DNA of 64,000 bases from an uncultured Gemmatimonadales bacterium (GTDB taxonomy: Bacteria; Gemmatimonadota; Gemmatimonadetes; Gemmatimonadales; GWC2-71-9): positions 86,246 through 150,245 of the forward strand of contig CAVYZY010000008.1 in the NCBI GenBank assembly GCA_963773095.1, read 5' to 3'. Made by a program: the position numbers and the translations under genes. The notes under the pieces are model-generated. The model did not search any database. It had not been told where the DNA came from and saw only the letters and a list, made by a program, of their open reading frames with translations. Shown here one piece after another: positions 51,125-61,495 of this stretch. Within the stretch, counting starts at the first letter, position 1. Every line of letters begins with the position of its first letter.

Positions 51125-51772
51125 CTGCTCGATAACCCGCACGCCGCTGGGCACGTCGAACTGGAAGGTCTTGTCCGTCACGGGGTCGTTGGTCCTGAGC
51201 TTCGAGAGCGTCAGGGTGCGGGTCCCGCCGGCGCGCTCCTCGATGACCACCTTGCGGGGCAGGGCGGTGTCACGATCGAGCCAGAGCGTCGCCTTCCGGA
51301 AAGGGATGTCGTCCGCCATCGGCACCAGTTCCACCACGTCGGTCTGCACGAAGTCGACAAAATCCCGCTTGAGGTAGCGCGACCGGTAGCGTTCCGCCGG
51401 CTTGTCCAGCAGCCACGCCAGCACGTTGAACCCGTAGACCGGCCCGGTGGGGATGGGCATCCGCAGCACCTGGCCCGGCGTGGTGCTCGGGGTGTAGACC
51501 CAGACGTACTTGCCGTCGAGGACGATGGCGTCGCCCTTGGGATCGCTGAATCGCATCGTCAGCTTGTTCTGGCCCGACTGCACCATGATCCCGTGGCTCT
51601 CGAACGTGCCTACCGCGTCGTCGTCGATCACCTGCTTGAAGTCGGCCCGCAGCGAGGCCAGGCTGCGATAGACCCGTGCGGCCCGGCCGACGATCACGCC
51701 GGCATCGTCCTGCGCCACGGCGGGAGAGGCCGAGAGTACCGAAAGCACCGACAGACTGAGCAGGAACTTCAC
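51119..51772 (-). CDS. lolA: Outer-membrane lipoprotein carrier LolA-like protein
   Basis: Signal peptide; [27 protein letters not shown]. Confidence 0.8.
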   Translation of the reverse strand: MKFLLSLSVLSVLSASPAVAQDDAGVIVGRAARVYRSLASLRADFKQVIDDDAVGTFESHGIMVQSGQNKLTMRFSDPKGDAIVLDGKYVWVYTPSTTPGQVLRMPIPTGPVYGFNVLAWLLDKPAERYRSRYLKRDFVDFVQTDVVELVPMADDIPFRKATLWLDRDTALPRKVVIEERAGGTRTLTLSKLRTNDPVTDKTFQFDVPSGVRVIEQS

Positions 51773-52809
51773 GCGGATGCTCCCACGGGCACGGGAATGC
51801 TGCGGCCGATAGCCTCGGCGATGACACGGGCTTCACGCATCAGCGTGGCGAACTGCGCGGGGTCGAGACTCTGCACGCCGTCCGACAGGGCCCGTTCCGG
51901 CGTGGGGTGGACCTCGATGAGGAGCCCGTCCGCCCCGGCGGCGACGGCGGCGCGGGCCATCGGGATCACCATGTCGCGGCGGCCGGTGCCGTGGCTCGGG
52001 TCAGCGACGATCGGCAGGTGCGACAGGTGATGCACGACCGGAATCGCCGAGAGGTCGAAAAGGTTCCGGGTGACGCTGTCGAACCCGCGCAGGCCGCGCT
52101 CGCACAGGATGACGTCGGAATTGCCCTCGGCGAGGATGTACTCCGCCGAGAGAAGGAGGTCCTGCACCGTCGCCGAGAGCCCGCGCTTGAGCAGGACCGG
52201 CTTGCCGCTGCGACCCGCGCTCCGGAGCAGGGAATAGTTCTGCATGTTGCGCGCCCCGATCTGCACGATGTCGGCCACCTCGACGACCAGGTCGAGCTGC
52301 TCCGCATCCATGGCCTCGGTGATGATCAGGAGGCCGGTCTCCGCCCGCGCGAGCGCCAGGAGCCGCAGTCCCTCCAGGCCGAGTCCCTGAAAGGAATAGG
52401 GTGAGGAACGCGGCTTGAAGGCCCCGCCACGGAGGATCGTAGCACCGGCGGCGCGTACCGCGCGCGCCGCCTCCATGAGCTGCGACTCGCTCTCAACTGA
52501 GCAGGGTCCCGCCATGATGGCGAGGTCCGGGCCGCCGATGGTCACGCCCCCGGCGAGGCGCACGATCGTCGGCTCGGACTTCCATTCGCGCGACACCTGC
52601 TTGTACGGCTTGGTGACGTGAATGACCTCGGCCACGCCCGGCAGTGCCTCGATCCGGGAGCCGTCCACCCTTCCGTCGTTGCCGACCAGGCCGACGGTGG
52701 TGCGCTGGCGGCCGGGCATGGGACGCGCCTCGTATCCAAGCTCCTCGATCGTGCTGACGACCAGCCGCACTTCTTCGGCGGTTGCGCCGGGGCGCATGAC
52801 TACGAGCAC
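51769..52809 (-). CDS. aroF: DAHP synthase (class I-beta)
   Basis: [43 protein letters not shown]. Confidence 0.95.
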   Translation of the reverse strand: MLVVMRPGATAEEVRLVVSTIEELGYEARPMPGRQRTTVGLVGNDGRVDGSRIEALPGVAEVIHVTKPYKQVSREWKSEPTIVRLAGGVTIGGPDLAIMAGPCSVESESQLMEAARAVRAAGATILRGGAFKPRSSPYSFQGLGLEGLRLLALARAETGLLIITEAMDAEQLDLVVEVADIVQIGARNMQNYSLLRSAGRSGKPVLLKRGLSATVQDLLLSAEYILAEGNSDVILCERGLRGFDSVTRNLFDLSAIPVVHHLSHLPIVADPSHGTGRRDMVIPMARAAVAAGADGLLIEVHPTPERALSDGVQSLDPAQFATLMREARVIAEAIGRSIPVPVGASA

Positions 52810-52829
52810 GATCGAGCTCCGTGCCTGAG

Positions 52830-52967
52830 CGGCAGGAAGTCAGGGCGGCAGGACGGCAGGAGAAAGCGGCTCATGCCTGCATGACCTCCTCGACTTCCGG
52901 GCTCGCGTCATCCTGCCCGCTTGCCGTCTTGCCGCTCAGTTCCTCCTGCCGCGGTGCCGCCGTGCCG
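52830..52967. repeat. Octamer tandem repeats in inverted orientation straddling the smc stop codon
   Basis: CGGCAGGA-like x4 (52830-52861) and TCCTGCCG-like x6 (52911-52967). Confidence 0.6.
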
Positions 52968-55900
52968 CCCTCTCCCTCGTGGTGCTCGCCCAGCCGCACC
53001 CCGACGATTGTCGACACGCCCGGCTCCTGCATCGTGACGCCGTATACGGCGTCGGCGGCCTGCATCGTGCGCGGGTTGTGGGTAATGACGATGAACTGGG
53101 TCGAGTGCTTGAACTCGTCCAGCAGCCGCGTGAACCGGCCGACGTTGGCGTCGTCCAGTGGCGCGTCCACTTCGTCCATGAGGCAGAAGGGGCTGGGCTT
53201 CGTGAGGTAGATGCTGAACAGCAGGGAGGTCGCCACCAGCGTACGCTCGCCCGAGGAGAGCAGGTGGATACGCTGGGTCTTCTTGCCGCGGGGCGATGCG
53301 TGGATCTCGATCTCGCTCTCGAGCGGATCATCGGGGTCGGCCAGGCGCAGTTCGCACTCCCCGCCACCGAAGAGCGTCTGGAACACGGTCAGGAAGTGCC
53401 CCTGCACGGCGGTGAAGGTTTCCATGAACAGGTCGCGCGCCGTTCCGTCGATCTCGCGGATGGCCTGCAGCAGTGACTGTCGGGCGCTCACGAGATCGTC
53501 GCGCTGGGTCGTGAGGAACTCGAGGCGCGTACTCTCCTCGGCATGCTCCTCCACCGCGAGCGGATTGACCGGGCCGATGCCCTCGAGCTGCTCGACCACT
53601 CGCGCGGCCTCGGCCTCCAGGGTCTCGACATCCAGGTCGAGGGGAACAAAGCCCTCGAGCAACGACGCCAGCGGCTTGCGCCATTCCGTCTCCACCCGTT
53701 CCTCGATCCGCCGGCGCTGGCCCGCGGCCTCCGTCAGTTCCACCTGCAGCCGATGACTCTCCTCCACCAGGGCCTCGACCTCGCTCCGGGTCAGCGTCAG
53801 CACGCGCTCGGCGTCGGCGAGGTCGGCCTCGCCCTCGGCGAGCGCCAGTTCGGTGTCACTGGCGGCGGCTTCCAGCTCCAGCCGCGCGACGCGCCGCTCG
53901 TCGCGCGCCGTGCGCCACTCCGCCTGCTGCAGTTCCAGCGCCTGGGTGGTGCGATCGAGCTCATCGAGTTCCGTGCTCAGGGCTGCGGCGGACGCCACTG
54001 CCTGGGTGCGCAACTCGTTCACGCGCTCGGCACGCTCCACCGCCGCGCGCAGCCGCGCCGCGACGTGCGCCTCCTGCACCTGCCAGTGGACCCGCTGCTC
54101 CCGCGCCGTCTCCTGCTCCGCCTCGAGTGCCTGCTGCTGGCTGCGCGCGGTGCCGATCGCCTCGTCACGACGCGCCCGCCCGACACCCAGCTCCTCCAGC
54201 AGCGTGCTGATCTCGGCCACCCGGCGCTCGGCGGAGACGAGCCGCTCCCGCAGGCGGTCGACCTGCTGCTCACTGGACGCGAGTTCGCGCTGCAGCGAGG
54301 CGACGTGGCGCAATGTTTCCTCCCGCGCCGATACCGCCTGCCGCTCGAGCTCGCGGGTGGCATCGCAGGCACTCACCGCTGACACCAGCGCGGCCTCGGC
54401 GGCGGCGAAACGCGCCAGCGTGCCGGTGAGCGTGGCCTCCGCCTCCTGGAAGTGCCGTTCCGCCGCCGCGACATCGTGACCGAGACTGCCCAGTTCCGCG
54501 CGCCGCCGCAGCGGTCCGCTCTGCGTGACGGCGCCCGACAGGAAGACCGCCCCGGTCGCGCGGCGCAGCACGAGGCCGGCGTCGTCGAGCACCTCCGAGC
54601 CATGCAGAATCGCCTGGACCCAGGCCGCTGCCGGACCTTCGGCGCGGACGCGGTCGGCCAGGGGATGCTGATCGCTGCCGAAGCGGGGACCGGGGTCGGC
54701 GGGCAGCAGTACCAGCGCGCCCGGCTGGTGCTCGGCATGCCACGCCTGGATTGCCGGGATCGCGTCGAGATCGCGCACCAGCACCGCATGCACCCAGTCA
54801 CCCAGGAGGCGCTCGGCCAGGTCGGCGTCCTCGCGCGAGGTGCTGAGGTAGTCGCTCAGGGGCCCGAGGATGGCACTGCCGAAGCGCTCCCGCGCTGCGA
54901 GCAGCGCGGCTGCCGCCGGGGCCAGGCCCACGCGCTCGCGCTCCAGCTCCTCGAGCGCCTGGCGCCGGGCCGTCAGCTGGGCCAGGGTCTCCTCGGCGCT
55001 CCGGCGCGCGGCGCGGTCATGTGCCTCACGCTCCCGCACCTCGGCGACGTGATGTCGCGCCGCCTCCACCTCCGCCCCCGCGCGCCGCAACTCGAAGCCG
55101 TGGAACGCCGCGCGCTCCACCTGGTGATCGCGCCGGCGCTCGCCGTCGGCCAGTTCCTTGCGCAGGCTCTCCCGCTGGGCCATGGCCTGTTCAGCGCGCT
55201 CGCGCAGCCCGGCGAGCTCATGCTCGAGCGCCGTTCGCTCACTCTCGAGTGACGTGCTGCTCTGCAGCGCCTGTTGCGCCTCCTGCTCCAGCCGCCGCAC
55301 CACGTCGCGCTGGCCGGCGAGGCGCTGACGCACCCCTTCCTCGTTCTCCGCCCGCGAGCCGAGTTCCGCCTGCAGCCGCGCGTGCTCGGCGTCGGCATCG
55401 CTGCGTTCCACCAGCGCCGCCTCATGCTCCACGGCAGCCTGGGTGGCTCGCGCCTCCATCTGGCCGCGCTCATCGCTTGCCCTCAGGCGGCGCACCGCCG
55501 AGTTCGCGAGCCGTTCGGCTGCCACGCCGAGGTCGCCCTCGAGGCGGCCGAGCTCCACCCGCACCGACGCGAGGCGCGAGGACACCTCGGTGCGCTCCGC
55601 CTCCGCGGAGTGGCGGGCGCGGCCCGCCTCTTCACGGCGCTGCTCCGACTCGGCGAGCGCCTGGCGCCGGGCCGGCAGGACCGGCTCGAGCTCGGCGTAG
55701 CGCCGGGTCATGCTGTCGGCGTCGGCGGAGAGGCGCTGCAGCAGGCGCTGGGCGAGGGTCAGCTGCAGCGCGAACTTCTCCTCGGTGAGCTTCACGTGGC
55801 GCTCAGCGCGGCCCTTCTGCCGCGCCAGGCTCCGAAGCTGGGACTGCACCTCGGCGATCAGGTCCTCCACGCGCTGCAGGTCCTGGTGCGTCTCCTCGAG

Positions 55901-56440
55901 CCGGCGCTCCGTGCTGTGCTTGCGGTCGCGGTAGAGGCTGATGCCCGCGGCTTCCTCGAACAGCGACCGGCGCTCGTCGGCGCGATCGGACAGAAGCAGC
56001 TCGATCATCCTGGCCTCGATGACCACGCCGGCGTCGCTGCCCAGCCCGGTGCCGCGGAGCAGGTCCTGGATGTCGCGCAGGCGCACCGGGGACTTGTTGA
56101 GCAGGTACTCGCTGCTGCCGGAGCGCGAGAGCCGCCGGGTGATCACCACCTCGCGATAGCCGATGGGCAAGTCGCCGTCCGCGTTGTCGAGGTAGAGCGA
56201 CACCTCGGTGATGTTGACCGGCCGCCGGGTTGCGGCGCCCTGGAAGATCACGTCCTCCATCTTGCCGCCTCGCAGCAGGCGAGCCGACTGTTCGCCAAGC
56301 ACCCAGCGCACGGCGTCGGACACGTTCGACTTGCCGCAGCCGTTGGGGCCGACGATCGCCGTGACGCCGGGCTCGAAGGTGAGCTCGACGGTGTCGGCGA
56401 ACGACTTGAAGCCGGAGAGCTCGAGTTTCGTGAGCTTCAT
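52871..56440 (-). CDS. smc: Chromosome segregation protein SMC
   Basis: GFKSF, GPNGCGKSN, long coiled coils with hinge, LSSGE, DEVDAPLD, ITH. Confidence 0.95.
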   Translation of the reverse strand: MKLTKLELSGFKSFADTVELTFEPGVTAIVGPNGCGKSNVSDAVRWVLGEQSARLLRGGKMEDVIFQGAATRRPVNITEVSLYLDNADGDLPIGYREVVITRRLSRSGSSEYLLNKSPVRLRDIQDLLRGTGLGSDAGVVIEARMIELLLSDRADERRSLFEEAAGISLYRDRKHSTERRLEETHQDLQRVEDLIAEVQSQLRSLARQKGRAERHVKLTEEKFALQLTLAQRLLQRLSADADSMTRRYAELEPVLPARRQALAESEQRREEAGRARHSAEAERTEVSSRLASVRVELGRLEGDLGVAAERLANSAVRRLRASDERGQMEARATQAAVEHEAALVERSDADAEHARLQAELGSRAENEEGVRQRLAGQRDVVRRLEQEAQQALQSSTSLESERTALEHELAGLRERAEQAMAQRESLRKELADGERRRDHQVERAAFHGFELRRAGAEVEAARHHVAEVREREAHDRAARRSAEETLAQLTARRQALEELERERVGLAPAAAALLAARERFGSAILGPLSDYLSTSREDADLAERLLGDWVHAVLVRDLDAIPAIQAWHAEHQPGALVLLPADPGPRFGSDQHPLADRVRAEGPAAAWVQAILHGSEVLDDAGLVLRRATGAVFLSGAVTQSGPLRRRAELGSLGHDVAAAERHFQEAEATLTGTLARFAAAEAALVSAVSACDATRELERQAVSAREETLRHVASLQRELASSEQQVDRLRERLVSAERRVAEISTLLEELGVGRARRDEAIGTARSQQQALEAEQETAREQRVHWQVQEAHVAARLRAAVERAERVNELRTQAVASAAALSTELDELDRTTQALELQQAEWRTARDERRVARLELEAAASDTELALAEGEADLADAERVLTLTRSEVEALVEESHRLQVELTEAAGQRRRIEERVETEWRKPLASLLEGFVPLDLDVETLEAEAARVVEQLEGIGPVNPLAVEEHAEESTRLEFLTTQRDDLVSARQSLLQAIREIDGTARDLFMETFTAVQGHFLTVFQTLFGGGECELRLADPDDPLESEIEIHASPRGKKTQRIHLLSSGERTLVATSLLFSIYLTKPSPFCLMDEVDAPLDDANVGRFTRLLDEFKHSTQFIVITHNPRTMQAADAVYGVTMQEPGVSTIVGVRLGEHHEGEGGTAAPRQEELSGKTASGQDDASPEVEEVMQA

Positions 56441-56468
56441 CGGAGGATCCTGGGCTGTGAAGGAATGG

Positions 56469-57863
56469 TCAGGGCGCCGGCGTGCCGGGCCCGCTGATGA
56501 CGAATGACGGCATGCCGAGCGAACGGCTGGCCGAATCGGCCTGCTCGCGCGAGCCGAACGGGCCCACGACGACACGATACACGTCGTCCGCATTGGCCGG
56601 GTCAACGACGCTCGCCTTGATCCCGGCCGCGGCAATCTTCTCAGCCAGCTCCCGCGCCCACGCCGGATTCCGCGAACTGCTCACCTGCAGGAAGAATCGC
56701 TGGGCCGAGCCCGGGGCGGAGGAGTCGGCCGGACCGGCGAGTGAGTCGCCGCCGGAGGCGGCCACCACCGCGTCGGCTGACGCCGGGGCCCACGCGAGCG
56801 GCACCCAGATGTCGTCGGCGCCCTTCGCCACCTGGCCCCGGGGGCGCAGGCCGTCGCGCTCGAGGTCGAGCCCGACCACGTCCCGCCCCTTCCGCACCAG
56901 CAGCAGGAAGGGCGGCGCGATCAGCGGCAGGTCCTCGTCCCAGGCGGTGACGGTGCGCGCCACGACACCGCGTGCCGTCAGGTCCACCACGCTCAGGGTG
57001 TCACCCTTCCGGGAACGAACCAGCATCCACAGGCCGTAGAGGTCGCCGCGCAAGTCGATGGCCCCGCCCGGCACGTCGATCCCGTCGCGCTCGCGCCCGG
57101 AATAGCGGTCGAAGGTCATGACCTCGTCCTTGTCGCGCCCCACATACAGCCGATGCCCCGAGGGCGAGAACATCACGGCCCTGGCGTGGCCGGACACGTC
57201 GATGAAGTCCGGCTTCTTCGCCCCCGACGGATCAGCGAGCACGACCGAGGAATCGACGGCCACCGCGACGAGGTCGCCCGCGAGAGTGGCAGTGGCGTGG
57301 CCGGTCGGCACAGCGATGGTCTCGCCCGGTCCCTCAGGCTCGAAGACGGTGAGGTCGGGACGCCGAGGTGTAGGCAGCACCAGCAGCCGACCGGAGGCCG
57401 TGCCGACCAGTGCGGTGGCGCTCGCGGGCAGGGCGTCGGTGAGGGTGAGCGGACGGCGGCCCCGGACCTCCGTGACCCTGCCGGTGGTGTCCACGGCGAA
57501 CAGGGTCCCGTCCGGCCCCAGGGCGGCGTTGCGGACGCCCTTGCGCAGGACGCGGGCTCGGCGAGCGCGGAGATCGATGGCGACGAGGGCACGGGTCGAA
57601 TCGAGGGCGTAGACCAGGCCCTGATCGAGATCGACGCCGATGTACCGCCGGATGGCGGGCACCTTCGCCACCGACCAGCCGAGCGGGGAAAGGTCGGTGC
57701 TGCGGTAGGCAACCGCCTCGCCGCCGCGCGCGGGCAGCCGGAGGAGGGTCGTCGGACCGGGGGAGTGGAGCACCAGGGGCAGCGCGGCGAGGGGCTCGCG
57801 ACCGGACTTGTCGCAGGCCGCCGCCAGCACGGTGCCGACCAGGAGGATGTGGCGGACATTCAC
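56469..57863 (-). CDS. Lipoprotein with beta-propeller-like region and C-terminal SPOR domain
   Basis: Lipobox AAAC; FLQVSS...A..LA...YRVVVGPF.SREQA. Confidence 0.8.
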   Translation of the reverse strand: MNVRHILLVGTVLAAACDKSGREPLAALPLVLHSPGPTTLLRLPARGGEAVAYRSTDLSPLGWSVAKVPAIRRYIGVDLDQGLVYALDSTRALVAIDLRARRARVLRKGVRNAALGPDGTLFAVDTTGRVTEVRGRRPLTLTDALPASATALVGTASGRLLVLPTPRRPDLTVFEPEGPGETIAVPTGHATATLAGDLVAVAVDSSVVLADPSGAKKPDFIDVSGHARAVMFSPSGHRLYVGRDKDEVMTFDRYSGRERDGIDVPGGAIDLRGDLYGLWMLVRSRKGDTLSVVDLTARGVVARTVTAWDEDLPLIAPPFLLLVRKGRDVVGLDLERDGLRPRGQVAKGADDIWVPLAWAPASADAVVAASGGDSLAGPADSSAPGSAQRFFLQVSSSRNPAWARELAEKIAAAGIKASVVDPANADDVYRVVVGPFGSREQADSASRSLGMPSFVISGPGTPAP

Positions 57864-57909
57864 GACGCCAAAGATAATGACGCCGGCGCGGTAGCGCGGG
57901 GAAAATACC

Positions 57910-60900
57910 CTAGAAAGTGGGACCCAGGGTCAAGGTCACGTAGTTGCCATAATAGGGCTGGCGCTGCAGTGGGAAGGCCCAGTCGAGGCGCAGGATCATG
58001 AGGCCGTAGAGGTTCATGCGGGCTCCTACGCCCCAGGCGGCGATCGGCGCCCGGTAGTTGAGCGGGCTCGAGTCTTCCACGGTCCAATCAATGACACTGT
58101 TCTGGTTCCACGACAGGCCGGCGTCGAAGAACGCGACCCCCTCAATCGCCGGCAGCCCCTTCGGCATGAACTTCATCTGTGGCGTGAGCAGGGGGAAGCG
58201 CAACTCGAAGTTGGCGATCGCCAGCTGCTGGCTAACCAGGCGGTTGAGGGGACGACAGATGGCGCCCGAGTTCTGCGCCTGGCACTCGTTGCGCTGATAC
58301 GAGCCCGAGGTATGGCCGCGGACCAGGTCGGGCGTGCCGATGAAGACGTCGAACTGGTCGGCGTCGGGGCCGCGCCGCCCGTAGAAGAGGCCGCGGAAGG
58401 CGAACACGACGGGGCCCTTGATCTGGGTGTACCGGCGGTAGTCGAGCAGAAGCTGCGTGTACTGCCAGGTACCGATGCTCTGGCTCAGCGCCACCCGGTA
58501 ACGGGTGCCGAGATACGGCCCGACATAGCCGAAGATGGTGTTGTCGAAGGTGTACGCCAGCGTCGGGAGCACGAAGAAGACGTCCGGCTGGCTCAGCGTC
58601 TGGTATTCGGGGTTCGCCGTCGGGAATCCCTGCGCGTCGTACTTCTGGACGTAGCTCACGAGCGCGTCGTCCATGAAGCCCACCCGCACGTCGCCCTCCA
58701 GCCGACGGAAGCGGCTGAGCGGATACCATCCGGTTCCCTGTACGTACCGGCTCACGAGCCGGCGCGTGTTGACCCGCGTCTCAAACCCGCCATCCAGCGT
58801 CGGCGTGATGGTGCTGGGCTCGGCGAAGTAGTACGGGATCTGCGTGGCCCCGATCGACCAGTTGATGCGGCTGGCCAGGTTCGCGTAGGAGGCCGTGGCA
58901 AACGCCTCGCCAATGCGCCCGTTGATCGCGATGCCGAAGGCGAGCTGGTTGTTGCCCAGCACGTCGCTCAGGGTGATCGCCGTGCTGCCGTAGATGCCGT
59001 TGCCGGTGTTGTCCCGCACATACCCGATCTGGGGGCGCGCGACGTAATCGGGCGTATAGTGCGTCCGGTACTTCTGGAACGCGAATTCGCTCGTATCGGG
59101 CAGCGCCAGGGTCGCCGAGTCGAGCAGGCGCGCGATGGACACCGGCTGCGGGGCAGGGATGTTCGCGCTGTCCGCCGGCTTCGGCACCGAGTCGGCCCGG
59201 CGGAAGCCCTGCTTGCCCCGGTAGATCGATCCGCCCTCACCCACCTCGGGCCGCGCCCGGGTGCTGTCCGGCGCCACCTGCGTCACCACCTCGATGGCGC
59301 GACGCGTACTGTCTTCCGGGGCCGGGGCGCGCCACGGCGTGCGCGCCAGCCCGCGCGGGTTGCTCAGCAGGTAGACGTTGAAGCCGCCCTTCTCGTAATA
59401 CATGAAGGCGACCTTGTCGGCATCGGGCGCCCAGCTCAGCACCGGCGACAGCGGCGTGAATCCCGCGGACCCGGTGAGGAGGTGGGTGATCTGGAAGACC
59501 TCGTTCTGGTTGAAGTCGTAGAGATAGAGGTCGCTCACCCCGCCACGGTCGGAGACGAACACCAGCGCTTTCCCGTCGGGCGACCAGGCAGGGTTGATGT
59601 TCTTGCCGTGGTCCATGTGATCGAGCACGCGTGCCTCACCGGACGCGAGGTCGAACAGCCCGATGCGGAAGTTCCCGGCGCTCAGCACCTCGAAGTTCGT
59701 GCCGGGCCCTCGGTCGGTGGTGAAGGCGATCGACTTGCCGTCGGGCGACCAGGCTGGGTGCAGGTCGGCGTACTCGTCATTGGTGAGGCGCTTCAAGCCG
59801 GAGCCGTCGACATTCACGGTGAACAGGTCGGAGAACCCCCCGACGTAGCCCGTGAAGACGAGCTGCTTGCCGTCAGGGCTCCAGCTGGGCGTCGTCAGGC
59901 CGTCGATCTTCACCGTAATGCGGTGGATCGTCTTGTTGCGCTTCGGCTCGAGGATGATGATGTCGTCGTACTTCCCGCGGCGCCCCGTGACCGCCAGGTA
60001 CTTCCCGTCGCGCGACCAGGACGCCTGGCTGTTGAGGAAGCGGAACGTCTCGTAGTTGCTGCTCCAGGTGGGCTTGAGCAGCCGGCGCTTCACCTGGCCG
60101 GTGCTGGCGTCGGCGAGGAACATGTCGATCGAAAAACCGTCCCTTTCGCTGAAGTACGCGATCCGGCTGCCATCGGGCGAGATGGCGGGCGCGATGTGGA
60201 GGCGGCCCTTCGATCGCACCTCGTTGAGCGACACGGCGGCGATCTGCTTCGCCTGCTCCGCCTCGCCGAGTTCCGGCAGGTACTCCTTGAACACGGCATC
60301 GCGCCACTGCTGGGAGAGCTGCTGGCTGCTGAGCCCGAGGGTGCGCCGGATCGCGCCGTCGATGCCGCCCGAGAGCGTGCCGTTCAGGATCGCGCCGACC
60401 GCCTCGTCGCCCCAGCGGCCGCCGATGTAGCTCCACAGGGCGTGGCCGTACCGGTACGGGAAGATGTTCGGGTCGAACGCCAGCTGTTCGATGGTCGGGA
60501 GGTCGTTCTCGAAGACCGCATCGCGCAGCCACATCGCCGTTTCCGGCGTGGTCGGGCCCAGCGACAGGTACTCCGACATGCCCTCCATGAACCACAGCGG
60601 CGGCGCCACCGACGCGATAATCTGCACGTTGGCGCCGGCCTTGCCGCGCGAGAAGATGTCGAACTGGAACTGGTGCACCATCTCGTGCGTGAGCACGTGT
60701 TCGGTCTCCTTCAGCGCCCCCTGCAGGAACAGCACGTTCCGCTGGCGGAAGAAGTCGGTGACGCCCTGCGTGCCCTCGCCCACCTCGGTCGTGTTGGTCT
60801 GCCCGAAGTCGGTGGGGGAGGCGTACAGGATGATGATCTTCCGCTCCGTGAACCGGTGGTTCAGGATGCGGGAGAGGCGGGCATAGGAGCGCTCCGCCAT

Positions 60901-61122
60901 GCGTGCGACATCCAGGGACGCCTGCCGCTCCGACGGATAGAAGTAGATGTCGAAGTGGTCCGTCTGGATGATCTGGAAGTTGAACTTCGAGTACTGGACC
61001 TTGTTCTGGCCGAAGTATCCGTTGAAGTAGTACTGGGCGTGCGCGGTGGCGGGCACGGCGAGGGCCAGCGCCACAAGCGCCGCGGCAACGCGCCCCCGGC
61101 CGCCGAGGCTAGGAGTCGTCAC
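57910..61122 (-). CDS. Omp85/BamA-barrel protein with N-terminal gluzincin-like domain and PD40/TolB propeller
   Basis: FGQNKVQY, HEMVH...WFMEG, repeated PSWSPDGK, barrel motifs VRG, ELRFP, FFDAG, C-terminal Phe. Confidence 0.88.
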   Translation of the reverse strand: MTTPSLGGRGRVAAALVALALAVPATAHAQYYFNGYFGQNKVQYSKFNFQIIQTDHFDIYFYPSERQASLDVARMAERSYARLSRILNHRFTERKIIILYASPTDFGQTNTTEVGEGTQGVTDFFRQRNVLFLQGALKETEHVLTHEMVHQFQFDIFSRGKAGANVQIIASVAPPLWFMEGMSEYLSLGPTTPETAMWLRDAVFENDLPTIEQLAFDPNIFPYRYGHALWSYIGGRWGDEAVGAILNGTLSGGIDGAIRRTLGLSSQQLSQQWRDAVFKEYLPELGEAEQAKQIAAVSLNEVRSKGRLHIAPAISPDGSRIAYFSERDGFSIDMFLADASTGQVKRRLLKPTWSSNYETFRFLNSQASWSRDGKYLAVTGRRGKYDDIIILEPKRNKTIHRITVKIDGLTTPSWSPDGKQLVFTGYVGGFSDLFTVNVDGSGLKRLTNDEYADLHPAWSPDGKSIAFTTDRGPGTNFEVLSAGNFRIGLFDLASGEARVLDHMDHGKNINPAWSPDGKALVFVSDRGGVSDLYLYDFNQNEVFQITHLLTGSAGFTPLSPVLSWAPDADKVAFMYYEKGGFNVYLLSNPRGLARTPWRAPAPEDSTRRAIEVVTQVAPDSTRARPEVGEGGSIYRGKQGFRRADSVPKPADSANIPAPQPVSIARLLDSATLALPDTSEFAFQKYRTHYTPDYVARPQIGYVRDNTGNGIYGSTAITLSDVLGNNQLAFGIAINGRIGEAFATASYANLASRINWSIGATQIPYYFAEPSTITPTLDGGFETRVNTRRLVSRYVQGTGWYPLSRFRRLEGDVRVGFMDDALVSYVQKYDAQGFPTANPEYQTLSQPDVFFVLPTLAYTFDNTIFGYVGPYLGTRYRVALSQSIGTWQYTQLLLDYRRYTQIKGPVVFAFRGLFYGRRGPDADQFDVFIGTPDLVRGHTSGSYQRNECQAQNSGAICRPLNRLVSQQLAIANFELRFPLLTPQMKFMPKGLPAIEGVAFFDAGLSWNQNSVIDWTVEDSSPLNYRAPIAAWGVGARMNLYGLMILRLDWAFPLQRQPYYGNYVTLTLGPTF

Positions 61123-61495
61123 TGCCGTGGTAGACGACCGGCGCGTCGCCCCAGAGGCGCTCGAGCTGGTAGAAGGTCCTGGCCTCCGGATGAAAGACGT
61201 GCACCATGAAATCGACATAGTCCAGCAGCACCCAGCGGCCGCCCTGTACTCCTTCGACGTGATGCGGGTCATTGTCCTGCTTGCCCAGCGCGTCCACGAC
61301 CGCATCGGCGATGCCGCGGACATGAGCGTCGGACGTGCCCGACGCGATGATGAAGAAGTCGGCCGTGTCGCTCACTGGCCGCAGGTCGAGCACCATCAAC
61401 CCCCGCGCCTTGCGATCCTCGGCGGCCTGCACCGCCTGCGCCACGGCGCGGGGAAGGCCGTGGTGCCGCCGCCCGGACTCCACCGCGCGGGTCAT
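61109..61495 (-). CDS. rsfS: Ribosome silencing factor
   Basis: DRKA, DFFIIASG, EG...WVLLDY.D..VHVF, R.FYQLERLW. Confidence 0.95.
   Translation of the reverse strand: MTRAVESGRRHHGLPRAVAQAVQAAEDRKARGLMVLDLRPVSDTADFFIIASGTSDAHVRGIADAVVDALGKQDNDPHHVEGVQGGRWVLLDYVDFMVHVFHPEARTFYQLERLWGDAPVVYHGSDDS

Noticed and set aside
53240-53270. SMC signature LSSGE instead of LSGGE
   Set aside because: Single substitution with all other ATPase motifs intact; no evidence of altered function
58312-61209. Very long antisense or alternate-frame ORFs (this 965-aa one, also 9893-11821, 29013-31121, 48658-50802)
   Set aside because: Shadow ORFs expected from high-GC codon bias opposite well-supported genes; no motifs
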